A stretch of DNA of 64,000 nt, taken from the NCBI GenBank assembly GCA_031414775.1, contig JANOQI010000048.1:45232-109231 (forward strand), written 5' to 3'. The position numbers and the translations under genes are program-made. The notes under the pieces were generated by a model that saw nothing but the letters and a program-made list of their open reading frames with translations, did no database searches and was not told the DNA's origin. Source of the stretch: Synechococcales cyanobacterium VAR_4_metabat_354. Lineage in GTDB: Bacteria; Cyanobacteriota; Cyanobacteriia; Cyanobacteriales; Chamaesiphonaceae. Positions 1 to 10,567 of the stretch are shown here, in pieces; the first letter of the stretch is position 1; each line of letters begins with the position of its first letter.

Positions 1-57
1 ATTGATCTGATTTTAAAGCAGTTCGAGCGAAACAACCCCATCTACTTTGATGACTAG

Positions 58-326
58 GGATTGGATTGCGCCGCTGGCGTATTTGGCCATCCTTGAGATT
101 ATTTATGATATACTATCGGTGTCGTAAAGTTAACCATTCCTTTGGTTGATCGATTGTTGGTCATAGACGGCACCTTCCTCGGCACCACCAATAAGCGAAA
201 TCCTTTGCCTTTCCGATGGAAAATAATCAGTACAGCGTCACCAATCTCTGTGCACGGATTCGTGCCCGCCAGTCCCAAGGAAAAAATTATTCTTTGATTG
301 TTGTCTCCGAAACGGTAAAGACATAA
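58..326 (+). pseudogene. pfkA: 6-phosphofructokinase remnant (frameshifted, internally deleted)
   Basis: Frame 1 from 121 reads VVKLTIPLVDRLLVIDGTFLGTTNK; a 1-nt shift then gives (F)AFPMEN; 216-326 reads MENNQYSVTNLCARIRARQSQGKNYSLIVVSETVKT*. Both pieces resemble separate parts of cyanobacterial PfkA (GGTxLGTTNKGDPFAFPM and ERQxxGKNYxLIIVSEAV). Upstream sequence has stops; left boundary is approximate. Confidence 0.65.
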
Positions 327-328
327 TA

Positions 329-790
329 ATGACTGAGATCGCATGTGCCATTGGCCTGGGTAGTAACCTGGGTCCTAGTCAGCAAATTTTGGAACAGTCG
401 ATCGCCCAACTCCTTGCTGTTTCTCAAATTAAAAACATCCAGGTTTCTCGCTGGTACCAAACTAAACCAGTGGGGCCGCCCCAACCCGACTACCTAAATG
501 GCTGTGCTACTTTTACAACTAGTTTGAATCCTTGGCAATTGTTGGAGGTCTTGCAATCGATCGAACAACATTTTGGTCGGGAGCGACAGGTGCATTGGGG
601 AGCCAGGACGCTGGATTTGGATTTGTTGCTCTATGGTCGCTGGCAAATTGAGACAGCAAATCTGCAAGTACCTCACCCTTACATGGCGGAGCGTAGTTTT
701 GTGTTGGTGCCGCTGGCGGAAATTGCTGGGGATTGGTTGTGGCATGGCGTGTCTATTAATGATCTGCGATCAAGGTTAGGCTGTGAATAA
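329..790 (+). CDS. folK: 2-amino-4-hydroxy-6-hydroxymethyldihydropteridine diphosphokinase
   Basis: IGLGSNLG, QPDYLN, RERQVHWGARTLDLDLL, PHP motifs. Confidence 0.97.
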   Translation: MTEIACAIGLGSNLGPSQQILEQSIAQLLAVSQIKNIQVSRWYQTKPVGPPQPDYLNGCATFTTSLNPWQLLEVLQSIEQHFGRERQVHWGARTLDLDLLLYGRWQIETANLQVPHPYMAERSFVLVPLAEIAGDWLWHGVSINDLRSRLGCE

Positions 791-852
791 CAACATAATT
801 GGCTTTTTTCTCCTATACTTTTTTGGGATAGAGCCTCTCACACCATAAAATT

Positions 853-1401
853 ATGCCCCTCGGAAACGAAATAGCAGAAGTCATTCAGCCTCAATTTTTC
901 TATCAGTCGCGCAAATTTTCGATTCGGGGCGACAGGTTACGGCTCCCCAACGGTGTCGAAGGAGAATGGACTTGTGTCCAGCATCCCGGCGGTGCCACCG
1001 TAGTACCAGTGACCCCTGATGGCCGATTAATTTTAGTGAAGCAGTATCGGTTTGCCGTGCGGGGTCGGATCTTAGAGTTTCCCGCTGGCACCTTAGAAAT
1101 CGGTGAAAGTCCCGCCGAAACCATCCAGCGTGAGATTGAAGAAGAAACGGGTCATCAGGCCAGCAAATGGACGGACTTGGGTGAATTCTTTTTAGCTCCC
1201 GGCTACTCCGATGAAATTATTTATGCCTTCCTAGCCGAAGGCGCAGTACCAGTCCCCAATCCTCCCGCTCAAGATGATGACGAAGACATGGAAGTAGTGT
1301 TTATGACCCCAGCCGAACTAGAAGCTCAAATTTTTGCCGGAACCGGGATTGATGCCAAGTCGATCGCGGCCTATTTTCTAGCCAAGCGTTTTTTGTCTTA
1401 A
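853..1401 (+). CDS. NUDIX hydrolase (ADP-ribose pyrophosphatase-like)
   Basis: Nudix box GTLEIGESPAETIQREIEEETG; KQYR and LAPGYSDE motifs. Confidence 0.92.
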   Translation: MPLGNEIAEVIQPQFFYQSRKFSIRGDRLRLPNGVEGEWTCVQHPGGATVVPVTPDGRLILVKQYRFAVRGRILEFPAGTLEIGESPAETIQREIEEETGHQASKWTDLGEFFLAPGYSDEIIYAFLAEGAVPVPNPPAQDDDEDMEVVFMTPAELEAQIFAGTGIDAKSIAAYFLAKRFLS

Positions 1402-1402
1402 A

Positions 1403-2011
1403 TCAAACTGGACTCTGACCATAAATAGGTAAAACCGATTCCCAAGACGATCGATCGCCCTTTTCCCATTGATACTTAGCTAACTCCCACACCGCCGACA
1501 CCGTATAACTCACATCCGCACCAGCTGCAATCACTACCCGTTGCGAACCAGCAGTTTTTAGCGCCCATTCCTCGGGAGTTGTTACTTGATCGGCTTGTCG
1601 CACTGATAATTTTTGCTGTGGCCGATCAACCATATAAATGCCGGCATGAATCTGATCGCGCTGGGCAGGAATTTCCACCGCGATCGATCCATCTTGACCC
1701 TGGCTCCAAGCGATCGCCGCCAAACTAGAAATCCCAAACACCGGAATCTGGAGCTGCTGACCAATCGTGCGCGCCGTAACTACAGCGAGTCTAGTTCCCG
1801 TAAATCCCCCCGGTCCGATCGCCACTGCCACCCAGGCCAAATCCGACCAAGACTGAGGCACCATAAATTTTGCTAGATAAGATTGCAGCACGTTAGAAGT
1901 CTCCCGACCCAACGGCCAAGACTGAGATCGACAACTTGCAGCTGCTAAATCTCCGATCGATAGTCCCAATGCAGGGCTACTAGTGTGCAGTGCCAGACCG
2001 TATTTCGCCAT
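1403..2011 (-). CDS. tsaB: tRNA threonylcarbamoyladenosine biosynthesis protein TsaB
   Basis: LALHTS start and VAIGPGGFTGTR motif; start placed at ATG 2011 (MAKYG); overlaps the kinase 3' end by 32 nt. Confidence 0.92.
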   Translation of the reverse strand: MAKYGLALHTSSPALGLSIGDLAAASCRSQSWPLGRETSNVLQSYLAKFMVPQSWSDLAWVAVAIGPGGFTGTRLAVVTARTIGQQLQIPVFGISSLAAIAWSQGQDGSIAVEIPAQRDQIHAGIYMVDRPQQKLSVRQADQVTTPEEWALKTAGSQRVVIAAGADVSYTVSAVWELAKYQWEKGDRSSWESVLPIYGQSPV

Positions 2012-3914
2012 AAATTTTAATTGTTTTATCCCAACTGCCCCCGACCAATTTAGCACTATCCGGGCTAAAAGCCAGGGCTTTGACGGCACTACTAAAGTCG
2101 TCGGTAATGACTTGCGCCAACTCCCCACTAGGCAAATGCCAGAGCCGGATGGTGCGATCGATCGACCCAGAAGCCAACCATTGATTATTGGGACTAATCG
2201 CCACGCTCAAAACTGTGTCACGATGACCCCTCAAAAATTGACTTCGGGAAGTTTGCAGATCTTGCAACTTGACGGTGTGATCAGCGCTGGCACTAGCAAT
2301 ATATCGATCGCTGATCGCCAGTTGATGAATAGTGCCGCTATGGACATCATTCATGATTTTAATAGGGTTTTTTTTGGCAGTATCCCAAAACCGGATACTG
2401 CGATCGGCTCCGGCACTCACCAAAATCTCACTGTTTGGCAAAAATCCCAGACTAGTCACCGACTGATTGTGACCATCAAAGGTATACACTAGCGACCAGT
2501 TATCGCTATTCCACAGCCGGATTTTTTGGTCTGCACTGGCACTCGCCAACAGCTTGCCGTTACCACTAAAGGCCATAGCATAGACTTTGCCTCCATGACT
2601 ATCATCGGTGCTGAGGTCAACCCGCAGGGTACGCACCACCGCGCCAATGTGCGGCATCCGGCGCACCTGGACTTTTTTGTCTTCGCCACTAACCATGATT
2701 TGGCCAGCAGGGTGAATAGCGATCGCCCAAATTTCCCGATTACTGCATATGCAGGCGGCGGGCTTTTGGAAACGGAGATTCCAAATCGCCATATTTCCTA
2801 GCTCATCAGCACTAGCCAAAGATTGGCCATCCGGGAAAAAAGCCAACGCATTGATTGGCCGACTGTGCCAATCCAGAGTATTTTCTAGTCGCCAATATGG
2901 AAATGACTGCTGTTGAGATTCTTGAACAGCTGGCTGATTGACAATAGCCGGTAGCCTCGACTGGTAAGTACTTGTTGCTGTTGTTGCACTAGTCAGCGGC
3001 ATCGTCTGGGGCATGACGGGTGGGATAGACCGCTCAGCCGCTAAATCTTTAAATACCTCTGCTACAGACTGGTAACGTTCGGCTAAAGTATAAGCCACTA
3101 ATTTATTGAGGATGGTGGTGAAGTGGTGGTCGATCGATCGATCGCCCAGCTGCTTTTCCCAGATCCAAACCATTTCGTTCATGTCACTGAGTTGGTCAGG
3201 GGCGATGCCGGTCAATAGATTCAGGCAAGTGACTCCCAGACTATACAGATCGCTGCCAAAGGTGGCAAAACCACGCAGCTGCTCAGGAGCCGTATATTCA
3301 AAAGTGCCGATGCTGGTACCTTGATTGACCACGGTTGTCGCTGATACCGACTTGGCCGCCCCAAAATCTACTAAAAATAGCTTGCGATCGCTAGCCCGGC
3401 GAATGATATTTTCGGGTTTAATATCCCGATGAATCACTTGATTCTCATGGACATACCCCAAAATCTTGAGCAACTCTGGCAAGATTTCTAGAATTTTGGC
3501 TGGAGAAAAAGCGCCTTCTTCGTGCAACTCGTCTGCTAAATTTTGACCACTGATGAATTCTTGAACTAAATACTGCTGACCATCAGCCGTCACAAAGTAG
3601 GCAAACAAATCGGGGATTTGGGGATGGACACCCAGTCTTTCCAGGGTAGCCGCTTCCTGCTTAAATAATTCTCCGGCCTTAGCAATCGAGGCGGTGCCCT
3701 GCACAGTGGGAAAAAACTGTTTAATCACACAGGGCGGCTGGGAAGGTCGGTCTTCATCCACTGCCAGGAAAGTTTTGCCAAATCCACCCTGACCAATCAG
3801 TGCAATAGCTCGATATCGATCGCGCAACAATAAAGGGTCACCACAATTGATGCAAAACTTAGACTGTTCAGCATTTTGAGGCTTGGTGCATTTGGGATTG
3901 AGGCAATAACTCAT
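1980..3914 (-). CDS. Ser/Thr protein kinase with N-terminal 4-Cys prefix and C-terminal WD40 repeats
   Basis: YCLNPKC...FCINCG prefix; GQGGFG, HRDIKPEN, DFG, APE; about 7 WD40 repeats. Confidence 0.95.
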   Translation of the reverse strand: MSYCLNPKCTKPQNAEQSKFCINCGDPLLLRDRYRAIALIGQGGFGKTFLAVDEDRPSQPPCVIKQFFPTVQGTASIAKAGELFKQEAATLERLGVHPQIPDLFAYFVTADGQQYLVQEFISGQNLADELHEEGAFSPAKILEILPELLKILGYVHENQVIHRDIKPENIIRRASDRKLFLVDFGAAKSVSATTVVNQGTSIGTFEYTAPEQLRGFATFGSDLYSLGVTCLNLLTGIAPDQLSDMNEMVWIWEKQLGDRSIDHHFTTILNKLVAYTLAERYQSVAEVFKDLAAERSIPPVMPQTMPLTSATTATSTYQSRLPAIVNQPAVQESQQQSFPYWRLENTLDWHSRPINALAFFPDGQSLASADELGNMAIWNLRFQKPAACICSNREIWAIAIHPAGQIMVSGEDKKVQVRRMPHIGAVVRTLRVDLSTDDSHGGKVYAMAFSGNGKLLASASADQKIRLWNSDNWSLVYTFDGHNQSVTSLGFLPNSEILVSAGADRSIRFWDTAKKNPIKIMNDVHSGTIHQLAISDRYIASASADHTVKLQDLQTSRSQFLRGHRDTVLSVAISPNNQWLASGSIDRTIRLWHLPSGELAQVITDDFSSAVKALAFSPDSAKLVGGSWDKTIKIYGEIRSGTAH

Positions 3915-3970
3915 GATGATTGGAACAGATATTCAATTTTCAGTCCAGCTAGAATCTTCCTAAACCTTTT

Positions 3971-4957
3971 TTACTCAGCAATGCTTACTTCCCCTGGTGC
4001 CGACTGCTTGCTATACATCATGTCTGCGGCCCAGTTATAAGTGGTAAATTTGGGCAAAACTTCTTGGCAAAAAGCAGCAGCAGCTTGCGATCGATAGCGG
4101 TTGGGGTTCACAATCACGGCCAGTATTCTTTGAATCGTCACTCCTTCGATTTGGGCGCGGCAGATTAGCCCCATTTGCAGCTCTTTTTCGATGGCGGATA
4201 AAGAAACAAAAGCAGCGCCCAAACCAGCTTGTACCGCATTCTTGATCGCTTCGATCGAGTTCAACTCCATTTCAATCTTCAGGCGCTTAGGGTCAATATC
4301 GCAGCGGGTCAATACCTGGTCGATTACCTTGCGAATTGTAGACTGGGAATCGAGGGCAATAAATTTTAGCTTGTAAAGATCGTCTTTTTGAATACTACCC
4401 ATTTTGGCAAAAGCATGGCCGCTGGGAATAATCAGAGCTAGCTCGTCTTCGGCATAGGGAATCACTTCCAACGATTCTTGCAGTTCAGCCGGTACCTCAC
4501 CACCAATAATTGCTAAATCTACCTGCCCGTTGGCCACACTCCAAGCAGTGCGGCGGGTGGAATGGACATGTAGCTGTACAGCTACTTCTGGATACTTTTC
4601 CCGAAACACACCAATCATCCGAGGCAGTAGATAAGTACCAGTCGTTTGAGAAGCCCCCACAATCAAGGTACCGCCTTGTAAATTTTGCAAATCTTCGATC
4701 GCACGACAAGTTTCTTGGCATAGGGTCAAAATTTTATCGCCATATTCCAAAAGCAGATGTCCGGCCTCGGTGAGTTGAGCGCGTCTTCCTCCTCGATCGA
4801 ACAGAGGTACGTCTAACTGCCTTTCCAGGTTTTGAACTTGCAAGCTGACAGCCGGTTGAGAGACATATAAACTGTCAGCAGCTCTTTTAAAGCTACCTTC
4901 AGCCGCAATTGCTTTTAAGATTCGCAACTGGTCTAAAGTAAAAGGGAGGTCAGACAT
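3971..4957 (-). CDS. ycf30: LysR-family regulator, Ycf30/RbcR type
   Basis: [38 protein letters not shown], typical of the cyanobacterial/plastid Ycf30 group. Confidence 0.88.
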   Translation of the reverse strand: MSDLPFTLDQLRILKAIAAEGSFKRAADSLYVSQPAVSLQVQNLERQLDVPLFDRGGRRAQLTEAGHLLLEYGDKILTLCQETCRAIEDLQNLQGGTLIVGASQTTGTYLLPRMIGVFREKYPEVAVQLHVHSTRRTAWSVANGQVDLAIIGGEVPAELQESLEVIPYAEDELALIIPSGHAFAKMGSIQKDDLYKLKFIALDSQSTIRKVIDQVLTRCDIDPKRLKIEMELNSIEAIKNAVQAGLGAAFVSLSAIEKELQMGLICRAQIEGVTIQRILAVIVNPNRYRSQAAAAFCQEVLPKFTTYNWAADMMYSKQSAPGEVSIAE

Positions 4958-5081
4958 AGCCTAAATCTTTAGCAGATGAATAGGGAGGAGTCACAGGCAC
5001 AGGCCGCAACTCCTCAATTATCTACGAAAGTTGATTTTTTATAATAAAAACTTATGTTACAGGTTTAGCTGCTAAGCCAGA

Positions 5082-5354
5082 CTAGTTGAGAGATTGCAAC
5101 AATAGGGGCACAACAGAACCAATGGCGCTAAGAGCAAAGATAGCCAGCATTGGTGATAAGTCAAAGTTGCCGACGGGTGGAATGATATTACGGAAGATAT
5201 TCAGGTAAGGATCGGTAACTGGACTTAAATACCCAGCAACTTGCTGCATCCATTCCACCGCTGGAAACCAAGTTAATAGTAGACGGACAAAGATCAGGGT
5301 GCTATAAATCGAAATGAAATTCTGAATACTGGTTAATAGTAATAGGGATGTCAT
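5082..5354 (-). CDS. YggT/YlmG (Ycf19) membrane protein
   Basis: RLLLTWFP, TDPYLNIFRNIIPP, DLSP motifs. Confidence 0.92.
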   Translation of the reverse strand: MTSLLLLTSIQNFISIYSTLIFVRLLLTWFPAVEWMQQVAGYLSPVTDPYLNIFRNIIPPVGNFDLSPMLAIFALSAIGSVVPLLLQSLN

Positions 5355-5414
5355 GATTACCGAGAGAATATTTTCAGACTATGTTTGAATTTTAACTGAT
5401 CCAGTAGCCAGCAA

Positions 5415-5747
5415 CTAGACTTCCGGCTGTTTGCTAATAGACAAGTGTTCTTCTGCCAACTGCTCTGATGATGTTTCGCCCATTTGAACGTTACTCAACG
5501 AAGACCGCACCTGTTCGATCGCCCCATTTAAGTCAGCAATCTTATTTTCTAGGCTCTGTTGGGCGGATTCCATCAGGTCATTATTGGGCACACCACTTTG
5601 GGTACGGGCTTTGATCCGACGCAACACCTCTGGCTCTTCGCCGTTGAGTTGGCGACTAGCCAAGACTGCGCCAATCGTTCCGCCGACTAGACCACCGACC
5701 AAGCTACCCAGCAAGAAACCAGCACTAAAACCATCACGTTGACTCAT
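5415..5747 (-). CDS. conserved cyanobacterial protein (Gly-rich N-terminal helix plus coiled coil)
   Basis: MSQRDGFSAGFLLGSLVGG and SLENKIADLNGAIEQVR; lies between upp and yggT. Confidence 0.8.
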   Translation of the reverse strand: MSQRDGFSAGFLLGSLVGGLVGGTIGAVLASRQLNGEEPEVLRRIKARTQSGVPNNDLMESAQQSLENKIADLNGAIEQVRSSLSNVQMGETSSEQLAEEHLSISKQPEV

Positions 5748-5814
5748 AACTCTCTCCAGTAGTTTGATATTGTGATTATTATTTGATAGATTGCCCAGAT
5801 TGATGGCTCAGAGC

Positions 5815-6468
5815 TTAGGTGCCAAACACTCGATCGCCGACATCGCCTAGCCCAGGCACGACAAAACCGCGATCATTGAGGCTTTCATCAATCATAGCGG
5901 CATAAATTTGCAGTGCGGGGTAATCGATCGCCAATTTTTGCAACGCCGGAGCTGCCACCACAACACTAATGATTCTAATCTGGCTCGGATCAGCTCCCCG
6001 CTTGGTTAGTTCAATCAGCACTTGTCTGATCGTCCCGCCAGTGGCTAGCATTGGTTCGGCAATCAAAATATGGGCGCTAGCCGGAATGTGGTGGGGCAGT
6101 TTGTTGAGATAACAAGTAGGTTGCAGAGTTTCTTCATCGCGGGCAAAGCCCAAATGAAAAACACTGGCTTCTAGGGGCAAAACCGACTGAATGCCTTCCA
6201 TGAGGCTCAAACCTGCCCGCAAAATTGGGACGATTACCAGCGGGGTTTGGGGATTAATAAAAGTGGCGATGGTTTCGCCAACCGGTGTGGTGACTGGGAT
6301 ATCGATCGTCGGCAGCCAGTCGCGAATGGCTTCATAAGTCAGCCATTTGCCCAACTCGGCCATTGCTTGTCCAAAGACCTTAGAAGGGGTTTCAGCGCCG
6401 CGAGCAATTCCCAACCAGTGCTTAATCAGGGGATGAGGCGGTACAAAAATACGCAGCTGGTTGGCCAT
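5815..6468 (-). CDS. upp: uracil phosphoribosyltransferase
   Basis: HPLIKHWL, VPILRAG, PMLATGG, VPGLGDVGDRVFGT; GGAG RBS before ATG 6468. Confidence 0.96.
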   Translation of the reverse strand: MANQLRIFVPPHPLIKHWLGIARGAETPSKVFGQAMAELGKWLTYEAIRDWLPTIDIPVTTPVGETIATFINPQTPLVIVPILRAGLSLMEGIQSVLPLEASVFHLGFARDEETLQPTCYLNKLPHHIPASAHILIAEPMLATGGTIRQVLIELTKRGADPSQIRIISVVVAAPALQKLAIDYPALQIYAAMIDESLNDRGFVVPGLGDVGDRVFGT

Positions 6469-6587
6469 AGATACTCCCAAAAACAAATCCTAATTTAGCA
6501 TGGCAGCGGCTTCACTGCTGGCTAGGGATGTTTAGAGCTAGAATAGTGCAGCTGATCTTTAATAAAATTTAAATATTTTAAGTTAAT

Positions 6588-7196
6588 ATGCCGATCACTC
6601 CTGGTGAAAGCGAAGCTATCAAAAAACCGGCGGCTACTACCGGTCGAATTCCACTATTGACCCGGCTGTGGCGCGTCTGGGGTGAAAATATCCAAATCCT
6701 GGTAGTGGCGCTGTTATTAGCTTTTTTAATTCGGACTTTTATCGCGGAACCGCGCTTTATTCCCTCTGCTTCGATGTTACCTACTTTGCAGCTGGGCGAT
6801 CGATTGGTGGTCGAAAAGATTTCTTATCAGTTGCATCCGCCGGAGCGCTTCGATATTGCGGTCTTTAGGGTACCGCCACAATTGCAACAAGATGGCTACC
6901 AATCGGATCAAGCATTTATTAAAAGGGTGATTGGGGTACCTGGCGATCGAATTGCCATCCAAAAAGGATGGGTGTATCTCAATGGTGAGCCGCTCTCGGA
7001 ATCTTATATCGCCGAGACACCTAAATTGGAAGATCTGCCGACGGTAACGGTACCAGCCAACCAACTATTTATGATGGGTGACAATCGCAATAACAGTAAT
7101 GATTCCCGCTATTGGGGTTTTCTGCCGCTGAAAAATGTCATTGGTAAGGCGGTATTTAAGTTCTTTCCGTTCGATCGAATTGGCGGGCTAGGATAA
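6588..7196 (+). CDS. lepB: signal peptidase I
   Basis: IPSASMLPTL (catalytic Ser), FIKRVIG (catalytic Lys), GDNRNNSNDSRYWG. Confidence 0.96.
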   Translation: MPITPGESEAIKKPAATTGRIPLLTRLWRVWGENIQILVVALLLAFLIRTFIAEPRFIPSASMLPTLQLGDRLVVEKISYQLHPPERFDIAVFRVPPQLQQDGYQSDQAFIKRVIGVPGDRIAIQKGWVYLNGEPLSESYIAETPKLEDLPTVTVPANQLFMMGDNRNNSNDSRYWGFLPLKNVIGKAVFKFFPFDRIGGLG

Positions 7197-7340
7197 AGAT
7201 AGCATCTACGATCTGTGTTCACCTCAGGCACTTTGAATTTGATCAACGCTCTTCATCTATTATTTAAAGCACTGTATTTTTTGCTCTGAATACATGAATA
7301 ATCTTCAGCCTTGATTAACCTGTAACGATCGTACAGTTCT

Positions 7341-7898
7341 TCAGGAAGCATTTAAATCTAGCAAACCAGCTGGGGGCGTGATTTCAATCCGCCGTTGCGC
7401 CATATCCACCACCGGTACAATTTCTGGCACAAACGGAATCCAGACTTCTTTAGTCGCTGTTTTGACCACCAACAAATCATGGCCAAGGGAGACCAAATCC
7501 TTCACTATCCCCACTTGTTCACCCGTGGCTTGCAAAAATACCGGCAGATCAATTAAATCAGCCACATGATATTCCCCAGCACCTAAAGCTAACCTGTCGG
7601 CAGCTGGGACTACCAACATTTTGTTCCGCAAAGATTCGGCCTGTTGGCGGTTATCGATCGCCTTCAACTTCACCACATACATATCCTTCCCCGGCAGGCC
7701 ATAACCGCGCTGGAGTTGTACCGACTCCGGCTCCGCTTGGTTGTTGCTATATAACCAGCGCTCGCCAGCCACCTCAAATCGTTCGGGGAAGTCACTGTGC
7801 GGGTACACTCGCACTTCTCCCTTCAAGCCCTGCGGCGCCACAATCGTGCCGATTTCCATCCAGCCCGGTGGCGGTATTAGTTTGTTGATGGAAAGCAT
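7341..7898 (-). CDS. rimM: ribosome maturation factor RimM
   Basis: [32 protein letters not shown]. Confidence 0.95.
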   Translation of the reverse strand: MLSINKLIPPPGWMEIGTIVAPQGLKGEVRVYPHSDFPERFEVAGERWLYSNNQAEPESVQLQRGYGLPGKDMYVVKLKAIDNRQQAESLRNKMLVVPAADRLALGAGEYHVADLIDLPVFLQATGEQVGIVKDLVSLGHDLLVVKTATKEVWIPFVPEIVPVVDMAQRRIEITPPAGLLDLNAS

Positions 7899-7900
7899 AG

Positions 7901-9715
7901 TTAAAAGTTACTGTAGTTATTCAAGGCTTGGAGCAGTCGATCGTGCACCGTGGCGACGGGCATCGCCCCTAGTTCCCCATCAGCACGGGTGCGAATGCTG
8001 ACGGTGCGGTTCTCCACTTCATTAGCACCAATTACGCCGACCACCGGAATCTTGGATTTCTCGGCATTGCGAATCATCTTGCCTAAGCGCTCGTTACTGT
8101 TATCAACTTCAGCCCGCACTCCAACTGCTAGTAGTTGTTGACAAACTTCTTGGGCAAAAGGGGCAAAGTCGTGCGCCACTGGTACCAAACGCACTTGAAC
8201 TGGTGCTAGCCACAGCGGGAAATCGCCAGCATATTCTTCAATCAAAATGCCAATCAGTCGTTCTAAGGAACCAAATGGTGCCCGGTGAATCATTACTGGT
8301 CGCTGGCGGCTGCTGTCTTCAGAAACATATTCCAATTCAAAGCGTTCTGGCAAGTTATAGTCTACCTGAACAGTACCGAGCTGCCATTCCCGCTCTAGGA
8401 CATCTTGGAAAATAAAGTCGAGCTTGGGTCCATAGAATGCCGCCTCGCCAATGCCTTCAAAATGATCCAGACCGAGGGTTTCTACTGCCCGCCGAATGGC
8501 ACCCTGGGCTTTTTCCCAAGCATCATCAGAGCCGATATATTTATCTTTCAGCTCGGGATCGCGGAAGCTCAATCTGGCTTTGAATTTTTTCAAATTCAGG
8601 GCTTTGAATACCTGTAAAATCAAATCCACCACATTCAAGAACTCAGCATCTAATTGCTCAGGCGTGACAAACAAGTGGGAATCATCCACCGTAAAGCCCC
8701 GCACCCGAGTTAGACCACCTAATTCGCCAGACTGTTCATAGCGATAAACCGTGCCAAACTCGGCCAACCGCATTGGTAATTCCCGATAGGAACGTAGCTC
8801 ATTCTTATAGATTTGAATATGAAAAGGACAGTTCATCGGTTTTATCACAAAGCCCTGCTCTGCTGCCTTAGCCGCTTCGTCCTCGGCCATCATCGGAAAC
8901 ATGTCTTCTTGGTACTTTTGCCAGTGCCCAGAAATTTTAAACAGATCGACCTTGGCAATATGTGGCGTGACCACTTGGAGATAGCCGCGTTTCACCTGTT
9001 CTTTTTTTAAGAAATCTTCTAGGGTCGATCGCAAGATCGTGCCCTTTGGAGTCCAGAGCGGCAGCCCCGCCCCCACCGAGTCTGAGAAGATGAACAGACC
9101 AAGCTCTTTACCTAATTTGCGATGATCACGCTTCAGGGCTTCTTCCTTGCGGCGCTTATACTCGGCCAGCTGTTCGGGAGTTTCCCAGGCGGTGCCATAG
9201 ATGCGTTGGAGTTGGGCTTTGGTTTCATCGCCGCGCCAGTAGGCTCCGGCCACGCTTTCTAGTTCGATCGCCTTTGGATTTAACTCACCAGTATTTTCTA
9301 CATGGGGACCAGCACACAGATCCCACCATTTATCGCCCAAATGATAGATGGTAATCGGTTCGGTTTTAATATCAGCCAGTATTTCAGCTTTGTAAGGCTC
9401 ATTAATTTCTTGAATCCGCGCCGCCGCCGCTTCCCGTGTGACTTCTTCTCGGATTACTGGCAGTTTTTGGTTGATGATCTTGATCATTTCCTTTTTGATG
9501 GACTTCAAATCCGCTTCCGTAAAAGCTTCAGGCACGTCAAAATCGTAATAAAAACCGTTATCAATCCAGGGTCCGATTGTCACCTGCGCTTTGGGGAAAA
9601 GCTTTTGCACCGCCATTGCCATTACATGGGAGGTGGTATGTCTAATTTTCTTAAGACTATCGGACTCGTTAGTCTTGGGTAGATAGATTGATTCTGGCTG
9701 GTCAGCAATAGACAT
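7901..9715 (-). CDS. thrS: threonine--tRNA ligase
   Basis: [47 protein letters not shown]; start placed at ATG 9715. Confidence 0.98.
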   Translation of the reverse strand: MSIADQPESIYLPKTNESDSLKKIRHTTSHVMAMAVQKLFPKAQVTIGPWIDNGFYYDFDVPEAFTEADLKSIKKEMIKIINQKLPVIREEVTREAAAARIQEINEPYKAEILADIKTEPITIYHLGDKWWDLCAGPHVENTGELNPKAIELESVAGAYWRGDETKAQLQRIYGTAWETPEQLAEYKRRKEEALKRDHRKLGKELGLFIFSDSVGAGLPLWTPKGTILRSTLEDFLKKEQVKRGYLQVVTPHIAKVDLFKISGHWQKYQEDMFPMMAEDEAAKAAEQGFVIKPMNCPFHIQIYKNELRSYRELPMRLAEFGTVYRYEQSGELGGLTRVRGFTVDDSHLFVTPEQLDAEFLNVVDLILQVFKALNLKKFKARLSFRDPELKDKYIGSDDAWEKAQGAIRRAVETLGLDHFEGIGEAAFYGPKLDFIFQDVLEREWQLGTVQVDYNLPERFELEYVSEDSSRQRPVMIHRAPFGSLERLIGILIEEYAGDFPLWLAPVQVRLVPVAHDFAPFAQEVCQQLLAVGVRAEVDNSNERLGKMIRNAEKSKIPVVGVIGANEVENRTVSIRTRADGELGAMPVATVHDRLLQALNNYSNF

Positions 9716-9894
9716 TGGAGCGAGATTCCCTGCAACTTTAAATCCAGTATCTATTCTAACCTCTCTGGCCAGATCTCTAAATCTCTGGTTAGCACTGAAC
9801 CGGTAGATCAAAAGATACTGATCGGCAGCCATCATTTTAAGAATTGTAAAAAAGGTTAGAATATGACCTAATAACAATCGCCATATTAAATGCA

Positions 9895-10227
9895 ATGCCT
9901 CCCTCTCATCCCTCCGAACAAGATTTGCTAAAAACTATACTCCAACCACTCTTGGAAGATTTTAAACATTGGTTTTCTCGATCGATCAGTTTATTAGAAA
10001 GCGAGCGAATTAGTTTTTTAAGTGAATCCGAGCAAAACGAACTACTAGCTGAGGTCAAAAATGCCTGCCAAGAAGTTAGCGTGGCGCAAATGCTCTTTAA
10101 TGCCACCGATAGTCAAGTAGGCATTGAACCTAGTACCATGCTGACATGGCATAAAATAGTAGGAGAATGTTGGCGAGTTGCGACGTTATTTCGCCAGCTC
10201 CAGTCAGCCAAGGCAGATCAAGGTTAG
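9895..10227 (+). CDS. DUF2605-like conserved cyanobacterial protein
   Basis: LLKTILQPLLEDFKHWF and WHKIVGECW motifs. Confidence 0.8.
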   Translation: MPPSHPSEQDLLKTILQPLLEDFKHWFSRSISLLESERISFLSESEQNELLAEVKNACQEVSVAQMLFNATDSQVGIEPSTMLTWHKIVGECWRVATLFRQLQSAKADQG

Positions 10228-10264
10228 ACCAGCTTCACAATTACCAAAATAACTATCTTTAAAT

Positions 10265-10567
10265 ATGCTCCACATCCTTTACCTAATCGCATTTACTATT
10301 TTGGCGTTTTTGGCGATCGGCAATCTGATCAGGAACTTGGTGCAGTTCAGTGTAGATTCTCAGCGCTACTATGCCCCCACCCAGGCCATGCAGCAGCAAT
10401 CAGCCCCTCATCCGGAGCTACTGGACGAGGCTGGTCGTCTGACCAATGAACCATTGCTGGTGATGAAGTCTATTACTGTTGATGAGGCTCGCGCTCGTCT
10501 GGATGCCCTCTATAACGATTTGCCCAGCTACAATAGCTCATCCGATACCGAAGAAAGTGCTAGCTAG
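10265..10567 (+). CDS. DUF2973-like conserved cyanobacterial protein
   Basis: MLHILYLIAFTILAF TM helix and PHPELLDEAG motif. Confidence 0.8.
   Translation: MLHILYLIAFTILAFLAIGNLIRNLVQFSVDSQRYYAPTQAMQQQSAPHPELLDEAGRLTNEPLLVMKSITVDEARARLDALYNDLPSYNSSSDTEESAS

Noticed and set aside
99..344. 81-aa minus-strand ORF
   Set aside because: No recognisable motif; it is antisense to the pfkA remnant.
9716..9895. Extended thrS N-terminus or T-box leader
   Set aside because: The extension has no ThrRS-like sequence and runs into the divergent gene start; no T-box consensus or terminator seen.
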